Of a stretch of DNA of 64,000 nucleotides, positions 12,075 to 23,470 are shown piece after piece; position 1 is the stretch's first letter, and the number at the start of each line of letters is the position of its first letter. The stretch is from Callorhinchus milii. Lineage: Eukaryota. The translations under genes were made by a program, and so were the position numbers. Below the pieces are notes generated by a model, which ran no database searches, was not told the origin of the DNA, and saw only the letters and a program-made list of their open reading frames with translations. The DNA is taken from contig NW_024704743.1 in NCBI RefSeq assembly GCF_018977255.1, forward strand, positions 89,220,001 to 89,284,000, in the 5' to 3' direction.

Positions 12075-12235
12075 ATGGATCTTGGCAATGGTTGCCTTTT
12101 CAGTCAGAGGTTGTGGATTCAAACCCCACATCAGAACTTTGCGCTCATAGTCTAGGCTGTGCTAGGGGAGACCTATATTGTCAGAGGTGCTGTCCTTCAG
12201 ATGTTAAGATGGAAATTCAGAGGTCCTGGTGTATG
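12075..12235 (+). mobile_element. Deu-domain SINE 5' part
   Basis: agtcagaggttgtggattcaaacccc head and tgtcagaggtgctgtccttcagatg Deu-like core. Confidence 0.65.
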
Positions 12236-12299
12236 CATTTGGTCAGCTTGTTATGCAGAGAGATAAGCCACTATTGCTGAATGTCTGCATATCCAACTG

Positions 12300-12550
12300 G
12301 TGGAACCATTGCTAGGTGGGTTATGTGGAGATATCTGGGCTGTGGGCAGGAGGATGGTGGGAATTATTTCATGCTGAGATGTGCTGATCATCAATTTGCA
12401 AGAAGTTCCTGATATCTGCACTCCATGCTGCCCTTTCACCATACGGGTTAACACCTCCCTATCCAAGTACCCTAGGGATGTTCAGTCTGATTTGGATACT
12501 CATTAATAAGATAATAGGCATGTGTAGGACACCCGGCTGACCAAAAGGAA
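12300..12550 (+). repeat. Internally shortened copy of unclassified retroposon family
   Basis: gtgggcaggaggatggtgg...ttcatgctgag shared with 454-500. Ends catgtgtaggacacccggctgacc-aaaa. Confidence 0.55.
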
Positions 12551-12629
12551 ATGTACCTTTGTTACTTTATGTAGTACTGTGCATACTTGTGTTTCTCCAT
12601 CTCAAAGTTCTGATCTAAAATTTCTTAAC

Positions 12630-12778
12630 TTATAATAATAATAATCCTTGTATTTGATATAGCGCTTTTCACATCTTTCAGACATCATACAGCGCTTCAC
12701 AGAATATACTGTAAAGTGAAATGACTGTATATTTGTGGACGAAATACAGCAGCCAATTCCACACAGCAGTGTCCCAGA
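12630..12778 (-). mobile_element. SINE 3' part
   Basis: Tail homologous to 8825-8971. Confidence 0.85.
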
Positions 12779-13642
12779 AACAACAACAACAATAAAATTA
12801 CATTTATAGAGCACCTTTCACGTCGGGAGGATGTCCCAAGGCACTGGACAGTCAGGGGTCAGGACCCGAGCATGGGGGAGGGGTGGGGTAGGGGTGAGGG
12901 AAGGCAGAGGTGGAAGGGCGACCGAAGGCATGATTGAAGAGGGGGGTCTTGAGAACGGCCTTGAAGGAGGCAAGGGAGGAAGCGAGGTGAAGGTACTGTG
13001 GGATGGAGTTCCAGAGTGTGGGGGCAGAGAGGCTGAAAGCCCGGCCACCGATGGAGGGGTGGGCAGGTTGGTAGGGAGTCAGTAAATCAGAGAGGTAGGA
13101 GGGGGCAAGGCCATAGATTGGTCTTGAAAGTGAGGATGAGGATCTTGAATTCGATCCTCTGCGGAATGGGGATCTAGTGGAGTCGGGCGAGGGTGGGAGT
13201 GATGGGGTCATGGAGCTTGGTGCGAGAGAGTACACGAGCTGCAGAGTTTTGGATGATCTGCAGCTTGTGAAGGGAAGACTTGGGAAGGCTGATGAGGAGA
13301 GAGTTTCCATAATCGAGACTTGATGTGGTGGTGGTAGGCAGTGCCATGTCATGGTGCGGATGTGGGGGAGAAAGGACAGTTCAGGGTCAAACAAGACACC
13401 CAGGTTCCTGACTGGCTTAGTGAGGTTGGACGTGCAGCCGTGGAGGCTGATGCTGCCAGCGCCCAAGGTGGGGAGGTGCTGGCGCAAGCCAATCAGGAGG
13501 GCCTCGATTTTGCTGACGTTCAGTTGGAAAAAGTTATCCCTCATCCAGGACTTGATGTCGGGCAGGCAGTCAGTCAGGGCCCCAGCAGTCCTAGAGTTGA
13601 GGGTGGAGGTAGAGAGATAGAGTTGGGTGTCATCCTCATACA
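12779..13642 (-). mobile_element. L2-clade LINE 3' fragment
   Basis: [11 protein letters not shown] (YADD variant)...[15 protein letters not shown], with a (TTG)n tail at ~12780. Confidence 0.92.
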
Positions 13643-13671
13643 ATTTACCCCATTTACCCCAAACGATCGTG

Positions 13672-14484
13672 GATTGATTGAACTTGGATTTATATAGCGT
13701 CCTCCACGCCGGACAGCATCTCAGAGCGTTTCACAGTAACGGATCCCGGGGCCAAGCCAGGGCGAGGGGGAAGGGGACCAAAGACGCGGTCGAAAAGAAA
13801 AGTCTTCAGCCAAGACCTGAAAATAGGAAGAGAGGGGATGAGGCGAAGGGAGTGAGGAAGGGAGTTCCAGAGCCTCAGGGCATAGTGGCTGAAGGCACGG
13901 CCGCCGATGGTGGAGCAGAGGATTCGGGGGACAAGGAAGAGGTCAGACCCAGTGGAGCGAAGGCAACGGGCACTGTTGTGAGGAGAGAGGAGGTCATAGA
14001 GGTAGGGCGGTGCAGAGGATTGGAAGGATTTGAAGACAAGAGTGAGGATCTTGAAGTCGATCCTCTCTGGGACAGACAGCCAGTACAGTCTGGCAAGGAC
14101 TGGGGTTATTGGGGAGCGGAGTTTGGTACGGGTAAGAATGTGGGCAGCAGAGGTTTGGATGACCTGGATTTCGTGAATGGTAGTGAAGGGGAGACCGGCG
14201 AGGAGGTCATTTGAATAGTCCAGTTGAGAGGTGACAAAGGCATGGACAGGTTTCAGCGGCTTTTGGAGTGAGGTATTGGCGGAGACGGGCGATGCGTCGG
14301 AGGTGGAAGTAAGAAGTGCTGGTGAGGGACTGGATGTGGGGGAGGAAGGATAATTGGGGGTCAAACCTGACGCCTAGGTTGTGTACAGGTTCGGAGAGTT
14401 TTAGGGGGAGGTCGGGTAGGTGGAGGAGGTGAGACTCATGTGACTTTAGACATTGACGAGAGCCAAAGAGTATGGTTTCCATCA
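13672..14484 (-). mobile_element. L2-clade LINE 3' fragment, second family with (TCAA)n tail
   Basis: VHAFVTSQLDYSNDLLAGLP...PITPVLARLYWL...GGRAFSHYALRLWNSLP. 3' end tatataaatccaagttcaatcaatcc differs from the (TTG)n family. Confidence 0.9.
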
Positions 14485-15227
14485 GTCAGGAAACTAGGTG
14501 TCTTGTTTGACCATCAACTGTATTCTTCCTCACATCCAAGCCATGACCCGCTCTGCCTTCCCTCACCTCCGTAACATCCCCCGACTCCGCCACTACCTCA
14601 CCCCTCAGGCTGCTGAAACTCTTGTTCATGCCTTCATCACCTCCAGGCTCGACTATGCAAACACCCTGCTTGTCGGCCTTCCCAACTCTTCCCTCCACAG
14701 GCTGCAGATAATCCAGAACTCTGCAGCCCATATCCTCTCCCGCACCAAACTCTGTGACCCCATCTCCCCCACTCTCGCCCGACTCCATTGGCTCCCTATC
14801 CTTCAGAGGATCCAGTTCAAGATCCTGGTCCTCACATACAAAGCCCTCCATGGCCTCGCCCCACCCTACTTCTGCGACCCCTAACCCTCTATCAACCCGC
14901 CTGCTCCCTCCCCTCAGCCGGCTCCGGCCTGCTCCACGTCCCCCGACCCACCCGCCCCACCATTGGCGGGAGAGCCTTCAGCCACTCTGCCCCCAGCCTC
15001 TGGAATTCCATCCCCCAATCACTCCACCTCGCCCCCCTCCTGAACCTCCTTCAAGTCCCACCTCAAAACCCTTCTCTTTGACCATCGGCCTCCCCCTTTC
15101 TCCTCCCCTCCCTTCTCCCCCCGACCCCAGCTCGGGTCTGAAATGCTGTACACTGTTCAGCGCCTTGGGACATTCTCCCGACGTGAAAGGTGCGATACAA
15201 ATGTAATCTTGTTGTTGTTGTTGTTGT
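14485..15227 (+). mobile_element. L2-clade LINE 3' fragment
   Basis: [24 protein letters not shown]...FKILVLTYKALHGLAP, (TTG)n tail. Very similar to 6360-7090. Confidence 0.93.
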
Positions 15228-15725
15228 CAATATTCAGCTGAAGGAAATTCACGCTCATCCAGCTCCTGATGTCTGACAGGCAGGCTGACTGAACATCAGG
15301 AAACTGGGGTTCGCAATGTGAGGTGGAAAAATAGAGTTGGGTGTCGTCTGCATACATGTGGAAGTGTACCCATGTCTGCGGATGGCATCCCCAAGAGGGA
15401 TGATCACCCAACTAGCTGGGTGACCAGCAAGTTGATGGGGAGGGGTTCGAGGCAGCAGGTGGTGGGTTTCATTGAGGTGATGGTGGGTGAGAGGGAGGAA
15501 GGAGAGATGGGGAGGAAGGAATGTAGGGATCATGGTAGGAGCTGATGATGGGGACGGAGAGGGGGTGATGGTGGGTGACAAGAAGCAGGAGGATGAGGCT
15601 GCCTGGTGGATGTTATGTATTTTGGATAAAAAGAAGTCCATGAGCTTCTCGCACTTGGCATTGGATGTGAAGATTGAGGAGGCCTGAGGGAGCGCACGGA
15701 GGAGATAGTGGGTGGTGGAAAATAC
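15228..15725 (-). mobile_element. L2-clade LINE internal pieces with deletions
   Basis: [25 protein letters not shown] and a CCLEPLP-like segment. Confidence 0.8.
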
Positions 15726-15941
15726 ATGACACCTGTATCCTTAATCTATTCTACTACATTATTAGCCTTGACCCAGCGAGGTGCCATTTGAATTATAGTA
15801 TTATTTAATTTGTCATCCGAGTGCGCCCCATGGATTATGGCATTTAAGTGCTGCTTAGCAGATAGCAACTGACCTGAAGCTGTACGTGTTCTGTAGCTGA
15901 CAACTCCAGTGGTAGTTTTAGGCCCAAACATTGTGCTGAGA

Positions 15942-15967
15942 TGTGTGTGTGTGTGTGTGTGTGTGTG
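15942..15967. repeat. (TG)n microsatellite
   Basis: Direct reading. Confidence 0.95.
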
Positions 15968-17470
15968 TTTGGCGGGGGTTTAGCACACTTTTGACTGCAA
16001 TTTTCCATAATGGGAATGATTATCATATCACGTCACACTTCACAATTTTTCACCCTTTCTAACGTTCTTGAACATTACAGAAATGTCTCTGAATAATGAA
16101 TGCCGCACTTGCATGTAGTTCAGCCAGTTAAGCACCTGACATCAGGCTTGAATGTTCTGGGGTTGAATAGTAATGGGTCCTTCTTGCCTCTCTTGTGGTT
16201 GGTAAAATGAATGCTATGTGTGAAAATGTCCTTTTTATCAAGGAGGGTAAGACTTATCTTCAGGGCTGAGGTGTTACTCAGGCAGTCTTCGAAGGATAGA
16301 CACTCTCTTATCCCTGTGATTCAAAGCCCATAGTTGGTTGTCGGAACTTCTTATAATACAAGACAATTTGTGTTTATAAAGCACCTTTCATGACAGGAAG
16401 AGGTATCAAAGTGTTTTAGATATTTAGCTGGGGACACAATTGGATGGAGTTCCAGAGAGCGGGGGCAGAATGTCAGAAACCTCGACCAGCAATGGTTGGG
16501 TGGTGTTGGATGGTTGCCATTCTTGATGACATGGAAACAGAGTTACTGTTTGCTATAAAGCAAAGGGAATATTTCTCCCTTCACCCGTCCCACTTGCGGA
16601 GCTCAAATTAAGTTGTGTGCTAATGGAATTGGTTTGTTTAATATGGCCTGAAATTAGTTAAAACTTTAAGAGAAAATTATAATGGGTTTTCAACATCTTA
16701 CAACAGATTGGGTCACCAGAAAGGGTGGTAGAGGCCAGGATGTTTGGTGCTGTGATGGGAGGAGAGTAGGGTGGATATTCTGAAAGATGAGATCAAATGA
16801 GTTAAAGTGCCTTTTTCATTCTAACTGATTTTGTGAGCAAACTACAGAAGCAAGGTATTTGTAGTGTGTTTACTGGGATTTTCTATCTGCATAATTATGT
16901 GAAAGGCAAACCGCAATATGAGTGAAATGTGGATCACTAAGAATAGCAATCTTTCTACTAGTTTTTTTAATCAATCAACATAAGATTGATCTCAGTGTCT
17001 GGGAGAGTATAGTGCAGCTGTGCTTCAATCGAGACTAAAATAAAAAAACACAAAAGAAAAGCTCCAGGAGTTTGTCTAATTACAGTGTTTTAACTTACAG
17101 AGTTAAATATTTTACAGCCATATGATCCCAAATGGAGATACTTACTATGATACACACTGGATAATGTTAGTTTTTTCCATTCCAATGCTTCCAGGAGCTG
17201 TACAGACAGTTACTTTTCTTATGACCACCAGGTTTTTCAGTGCACTTCTGTTTACAGTGACCAGTTGAACCAGTTATATTTTGTAATATGACCCTGGTTG
17301 AGGGTTAATCCGGGCTCAGTGGACAACAAGAATGGGCTTCACTAGAAACAATACGCTGTTTCAAGGATGTACCACCTGCTGTACATATTACATATCAATT
17401 GCTTCAAGTTAGAAAATATAGTCCCCTTCTCTATCCAGTTGTGAAATTTAGCAGCATCCTCTCAAATAAC

Positions 17471-17815
17471 TTTTTTTTTTGTCAGCCTGGTGTCTGATAC
17501 TGGTGTAAACCCATTGTCATGTTTAAGAGTATCCAAACCAGAATGAGATACTGGTTTGGATACTTATACATGTCATCTAAGCATGGGAATTTCTGGAATG
17601 AAATGCAGACTTTCACTGGAGGGTTGCAGCCTGCTTACCTGATTCTGGAAATGTTAGTTGCAAATGGCGAAAGCCAAGGTGTAGAGACCTCAGATTATGC
17701 TTTGGGGTGCTACTGGACTTTAACCATTGAGAGCACTGTCTGGAAAGTTCCCAGTTGATTGTCCTGATATAACCGTGCTACCCATCAGGGATTTGTTTTA
17801 CAGAGTTAACAGACC
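17471..17815 (-). repeat. 3' half of unclassified A-tailed retroposon family
   Basis: Reverse complement is colinear with 9060-9413. T-run at 17472-17480 equals the A tail. Confidence 0.7.
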
Positions 17816-18190
17816 TACTATCCCCCTACCTACCTGCCCGTACCCTCCGTTCCTCTGGCTCCGGTCTGCTCCACATCCCCCGCCCCAACCGCCCTACCAT
17901 CGGTGGCCGGGCCTTTAGCCTCTCAGCCCCTAGGCTCTGGAACTCCATCCCCCAGTGCCTTCGCCGCTTCCTCCCTTTCCTCCTTCAAGGCCGATCTCAA
18001 GACCTTTCTCTTTGACCGTGCCTTCAGCTCCCCTCTCGACTCTCTACCCCCTCCTCGCTCCCTCCCTTCTCTCCCCTCACCCTGACCATTTCCCCCTTGC
18101 TTGGGTCCTGACCCAACTGTACAGCTCCTTGGGACATCCTCCCGACGTGAAAGGCGCTTTATAAATGGAATCTTGTTGTTGTTGTTGTTG
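17816..18190 (+). mobile_element. L2-clade LINE 3' end (young subfamily)
   Basis: Near-identical to the reverse complement of 53626-54040, (TTG)n tail. Confidence 0.92.
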
Positions 18191-18242
18191 AGTGGGATGA
18201 ATTCCTCAAACAATATATTTTCAAAAGAGAAAATCATGTTTC

Positions 18243-18618
18243 TATAATAATAATTAATAATCCTTGCATTAGTTAAAGCTCCTTATCATGTCTTCAAGAC
18301 ATCTCAAAGCGCTTCACAGAATATACTGTAAAATTAATTGACTGTATATTTTGTGGGCGAAATGCAGAAGACAATTACGCACAGCAGTGTCCCACAAACC
18401 GTTGTGGATTAAGTGACCAATTTATTATTATTTTTTGAATGAATTATTACCCCTGAAAAGTGATCCACCAATCGATTAACAACCAGGTTACTACTTACAG
18501 AGTAGTAAACAGAGACACGTGGAGTAAGGAAACTTGCCCAGCATTTCGCCCTGCCAGGAATCAAACCCAGGTCTCTCGCTTGCAAGGCAAGTGCTCTAAC
18601 CACTGAGCCACAGGACTC
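18243..18618 (-). mobile_element. tRNA-derived SINE, full-length long subfamily
   Basis: tRNA head at ~18555-18618, extra ~70-bp central segment, (ATT)n tail. Confidence 0.9.
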
Positions 18619-19875
18619 TAAGCTACAGATTTCTATTTGAGCAAGTAAATAATTATAAGTAATATTTCTTGTATTTGATTATCATACAACTGAAACATAT
18701 CAAAACATTTTACAGAATTTTTACTGTGTATTTATAGATGAACATATTGGCCAGTTAATATAAAAGGAAAGTGAAAACGAATTAATTTAACCGAGTCCCA
18801 GGGATTGAAGCCATGGGTATGTGCACCCCTCTGACAATACTTTTCTTCCATAGAATTTATTGCCATCAATAGAAAGTATAGTAGTTAACTTTAGTACCTC
18901 AGTACCTTAGCTCAATGTGCATTTGATTATTGTGGTGTGGAAGAATTGTGTATGAATCCATCTTTTATTATTCAAAGCGACCTTGGCATTGGCCTGTTGT
19001 TTAGTCTGTACACAACACTGAGCCTCACTGAATTATTTAACCATGGTGGGAGAAACAAATTGAACCAGAAGCCCAATGAGTAATTGGAGTGAGCACCAGA
19101 GTGACGTCAGATAGATTTAACTGGTATCAAGTTCTCAACGATCTCATCTATTTAGTCGGACCTATTGGCTCCGATCTGGATGTGGGTATTTGTTTCTAGC
19201 ATTACCAGTGCAGTAATTGTTGGACGCTGTGAGCAAAACAGTTCACGGTGAGCACAGAATCTCTTTTCTCACTTCCCTATTCATTTGCCACTTTAATGTT
19301 ATTATGAAAAAATACCCATTACCATCACAATTCTACTGTATATATTTTTCTGACCTTTTTTGATAGGCTTTCCACAAAGCTTGAATGCATGACCATACTA
19401 GGCACACAGTAAGTGGAGAACAATACTACTGCAGTCCTTAGGGGCACACAGTAAGAGAAAAGTCAAATGCTGCCCCATATATACTGCACTGAGAGCTAAA
19501 TTGAAAGAAACCAGTGGAGCAGTGCTCGTATAAGATTACTAGAGATTTCAGTGAAGACTGCATAACCCAGGAATACCGGTCACTGTGGTTAACTCTTTCC
19601 CATTCTGAGTTTATCTGCAGAAGGAGATAGAATTGCTTTCAGCAATTCAAACCTTCAAGCATTTATTGTGGTTGTTTCTGTCAGTGCCTTTTCCAAATCG
19701 ACTTTCTGTTCTCTGAAATCTTTTAAACCTGAATTACATGTGTTTCAATATTTTGGCGATATTTTTGACCTCCCTTTTACCCTGAGTTTTCTAATTATTT
19801 ATTCCCTATCCCTTTCTCAGATCCTTATAATTTAACCATCGACAGTCTTGAGAATGGTTTGGGCTATCTATGGTT

Positions 19876-20052
19876 GTCTTCGACCGGGCCTTCAGCTCCC
19901 CTCTCGACTCTCTTCCCCCTCCTCGCTCCTTCCCTTCCCTCCCCTCACCCTGACTATTTCCCCCCTGCTCGGATCCCGACCCAACTGTCCAGCGCCTTGG
20001 GACGTCCTCCCGACATGAAAGGCGCTCTATAAGTGAAATCTTGTTGTTGTTG
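19876..20052 (+). mobile_element. L2-clade LINE 3' UTR fragment
   Basis: cagcgccttgggacgtcctcccgacatgaaaggcgctctat...(TTG)n. Confidence 0.9.
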
Positions 20053-21074
20053 TAATAACTTATAATACATGGTCTTTTATGTCTGGAAATGCAAATAGCA
20101 ATCAATGCCACCCATTAACAGTTTTTTTTTCTATTTCAGTGCCTAACATTCACCCATTAAATAGTTAATTTAAAAAATAAAAATGAATAGCTGCCTACAA
20201 TGCTAAATACCTTGAAGCAAAATATGTTTTTTATTTCCATTCACAAAGTCAGCTGTAATTCCCTTGTGTGTACTGTATTCACAGGAGATATACGGTGTCC
20301 TTTATATTGACATGTGTAGACAAAACAAGGCAAAAATCATATTTAGACACACTTTTCATGCAATTTTTTTTGAAGGGGGAGATTAATTCAAGTCTTTATT
20401 TCTTGATTTAATTTCTCATCTCGTTCTTTGTTAGTCCCGCTCATTAATGCAGATTGATACACTTTGATCCTACAGTGGGAGTGTTTGGTCTGAGTCATTC
20501 CCCCCCTTCTCCAGCCACCGTTAATGTATCTCTGTGTCATTCTAGTGAGGCTGGGTGCTCCATATCAGTTTCCTTCTCCTGTAACAAAACACTTTACCTT
20601 TTGTGTGGCCCTCATCTGATCTTCAAGTATGCTATTCCAAAAGCTTTCCAAAAAACACATGGCATGCATTGACAAAACTGCACATTAGCAACAATAATCC
20701 AAATCAATGGTAATGCAGGCAGAGTTTAATTCATCTTGTTTGTTTACAAATGAACCACAAAATCAAATTCTTTGTAGTGTATTGAAACCGAGCAAAAAAA
20801 ATAATTACTGATTTTATTTCAGTGCCAGGACAGATACTTCCAATAACAGTGTAGCTCTTTTATTGGTCCCTGTTCAAGTCAATGGATCAATCCAGTCGTT
20901 TTTTTAATGTGTGTTCTGCAGCTTTCTGAATAATATCCATAGCCAGTGTCGGTTTCTTAGATGAAGTTTCATTTAAAGGGATACAATCTTCCAAAGGTTT
21001 TCAAGCACGTATTGCAACAATATAATATGTTGAATCCCATTACCACATTGGGGAGGACAAGTTTGCAGGGCTAC

Positions 21075-21180
21075 GGGGAGAGAGCAGGGTAGTGGATTGA
21101 ATTGGATAGTTCTTTTCAAAGAGCCGGCACAGATACAATGGGCTGAATGGCCTCCTTCCGTGCTGTACAATTCTATGCTT
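21075..21180 (+). mobile_element. CR1 3' UTR fragment
   Basis: atgggctgaatggcctccttccgtgctgtacaattctatg. Confidence 0.75.
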
Positions 21181-21254
21181 ACCTCAATGGAATTTTGTGA
21201 CAAAACGTACTAATGTCTCCCCCCAAAACAACAAGAGAGTACATTTTGTGGAGG

Positions 21255-22948
21255 GTAGGGGGGGGAAACAGGGTGATCGAAAGCACTGTCGAAGAGGAGG
21301 ATCTTGAGATGGGTCTTGAAGGAGGCAAGGGAAGGGGCGTGGCGGAGGGACTGCGGGATGGAGTTTCAGAGGGTGGGGGAGAGTTGCGGAAGGCCTGCCC
21401 GCCAATACTGGGGCGAGTGAGGCGGAGGACGTGAAGCAGGCCGGAGCCCGCTGAGCGGAGGGAGCGAGCAGGATGGTAGGGGCTTAGGAGGTCGCAGAGA
21501 TAGGGGGAGTAAGAGCATTGAGGGCTTTGAAGGTGAGGACCAGGATTTTGAACTGTATCCTCTGTGTGATGGGAAGGCAGTGGAGTCAGGCGAGGATGGG
21601 AATGATAGGGTCACCGAGCCTGGTGCGGGAGAGACCACGGGCTGCGGAGTTCTGGATGACCTGCAGCCTATGGAGGGAGGAGTTGGGGAGCCGACAAGCA
21701 AGGAGTTTGCAAAGGCAAGCCTCGATGTAATGAAAGTGTATATGAGGGTTCGTTGGCCTGCGGTGTGAGACAATGGCGGAGCTGGGTGACGTTGCGGAGG
21801 ACGTTGGAAGGCAGAGCGGGTCATGGCACAGATGTGAGGTAGAAAGGATAGTTCAGGGTCAAATAAGACGCCAAGTTTCCAGACTGGCTCAGTGAGGTGG
21901 AGTGTGCATCCATGGATTGTGATGCTGTCAGTGCTTGAGGTGTGGAGACGCTGATGGAAGCCAATCAGGAGAGCCTCGGTCTTGTTGATGTTCAACTGAA
22001 AAAAGTCAGCTCTCATCCAAGACTTGATGTTTGACAGTCATTCTGTCAGCACAGCAGTGGTCCTGGAATCAAGGGTGGAGGCAGAAAGGTATAGTTGGGT
22101 GTCATTCGCATACATGTGGAAGTTGCCCACATGTCTGCAGATGTCACCAAGAGGGAGCATATAGATATTGAAGAAGAAGGGAACAAGACAGAGCCCTGAG
22201 GAACGCAGCACGAGGCGGTCCGGGGGCTGGAGGACAAACCATTTGTGGAGATGAAGTGGAAGCAGTGTGAGAGGTATGATCTGAACCAGTCAAGGGCAGA
22301 CACGTGGAGGTTGAGGTGAGAGAAGAGGCAATGGATAATAATAATAATAATCCTTGCATTTGATATAGCGCTTTTCACATCGGGAGGATGTCCCAAAGCG
22401 CTTCACAAAACACACTGTAAAGTGAATTGACTGTATATTTGTGGGCGAACGCGGCAGCCAATTGCGCACAGCAATGTCCCACAAACAGTCGTAGATTGAA
22501 AATGACCAATTTATTATTGGTTTTGGAGGGATTATTATTAGGCGTGTGGAGTAAGGAAACTTGCCCAAGGTTTCGCTCTACCTGGAATTGAACTCAGGTC
22601 TCTCACTTGCAAAGCGAGAGCTCTAACCACTGAGCTACAGGACTCCACGGATGAGGATAGAGTGGTCAATGGTGTCGAAAGCAGCAGAGAGGTCAAGGAG
22701 GACGAGGAGGCAGAGGGAGCCCTGGTCCCAGATAGACAGAATATCATTTGTCATTTTGACCAGGGCTGTTTCTGTGCTGTGGGCAGCAGGGAAACCTGAT
22801 CGGAGCGGTTCATGAAGCAATGGCGAGAGAGTAAGGAGCGAAGCTGGGAAGCAACAACTTGTTCCAGGACCTTGGAAAGGGAGGTTGGAGATGGGGCAGT
22901 AGATTATGAATAGAGATGGATCCAGGAGGGTTTTTTAAGGATAGGAGA
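21255..22948 (-). mobile_element. L2-clade LINE RT fragment interrupted by a SINE
   Basis: [20 protein letters not shown]...[34 protein letters not shown]. Confidence 0.92.
22335..22648 (-). mobile_element. tRNA-derived SINE, full-length short subfamily, nested in L2
   Basis: Complete head, body and (ATT)n tail. The L2 sequence resumes on both sides. Confidence 0.93.
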
Positions 22949-22949
22949 C

Positions 22950-23225
22950 TTTGAACTCACTAACTAGGCAGACACTGCAATGCTGTGCTGGGGGTGCGCT
23001 GCATTATTGGAGGTGCCGTCTTTTGGTTGAAATGTTAAATGGAAGTCCCATCTGCCTATTCAGGTGGATATTAAAGATATTATGGCACTATTCGAAAAGA
23101 GAAGGGAGCTTTTCCTTGAGTTATGGCCAACAACAATTCCCCAAATAAAAATTGGTTATTCACTTCATGGGTGTTTGAAGCGCACAGGCTGCTGTGTTTT
23201 CCTACAAATACAATCACTATACTTC
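22950..23225 (+). mobile_element. Deu-domain SINE fragment
   Basis: ggaggtgccgtcttttggttgaaatgttaaa...caggtggatattaaagatattatggcactattcgaaaagagaaggga. Confidence 0.8.
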
Positions 23226-23470
23226 AGAGGACACCAGGAGAAATACTCTTTCTTTTCGAGTAGTGTCATAGGATCTTCAACATCCATCTAAACAGACAGA
23301 TGGGTCCTCGGTTTTAAAATCTCATCTGAAGAACATCTCTGACATTGCAGGACACCCACAGCGCTGCATTGGAGCATCACCCTAGATTGTTTGGTCAAAG
23401 TCCAACATAGATCTTAAACCCATGACCTTCTGACCCAGAAGCAAGAGTGCGACCAGCAAAACCAGGATGA
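23226..23470 (-). mobile_element. Deu-domain SINE (head and core), inverted relative to neighbour
   Basis: Reverse complement of the Deu core plus the tRNA-like head gggtcagaaggtcatgggtttaag. Confidence 0.75.
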
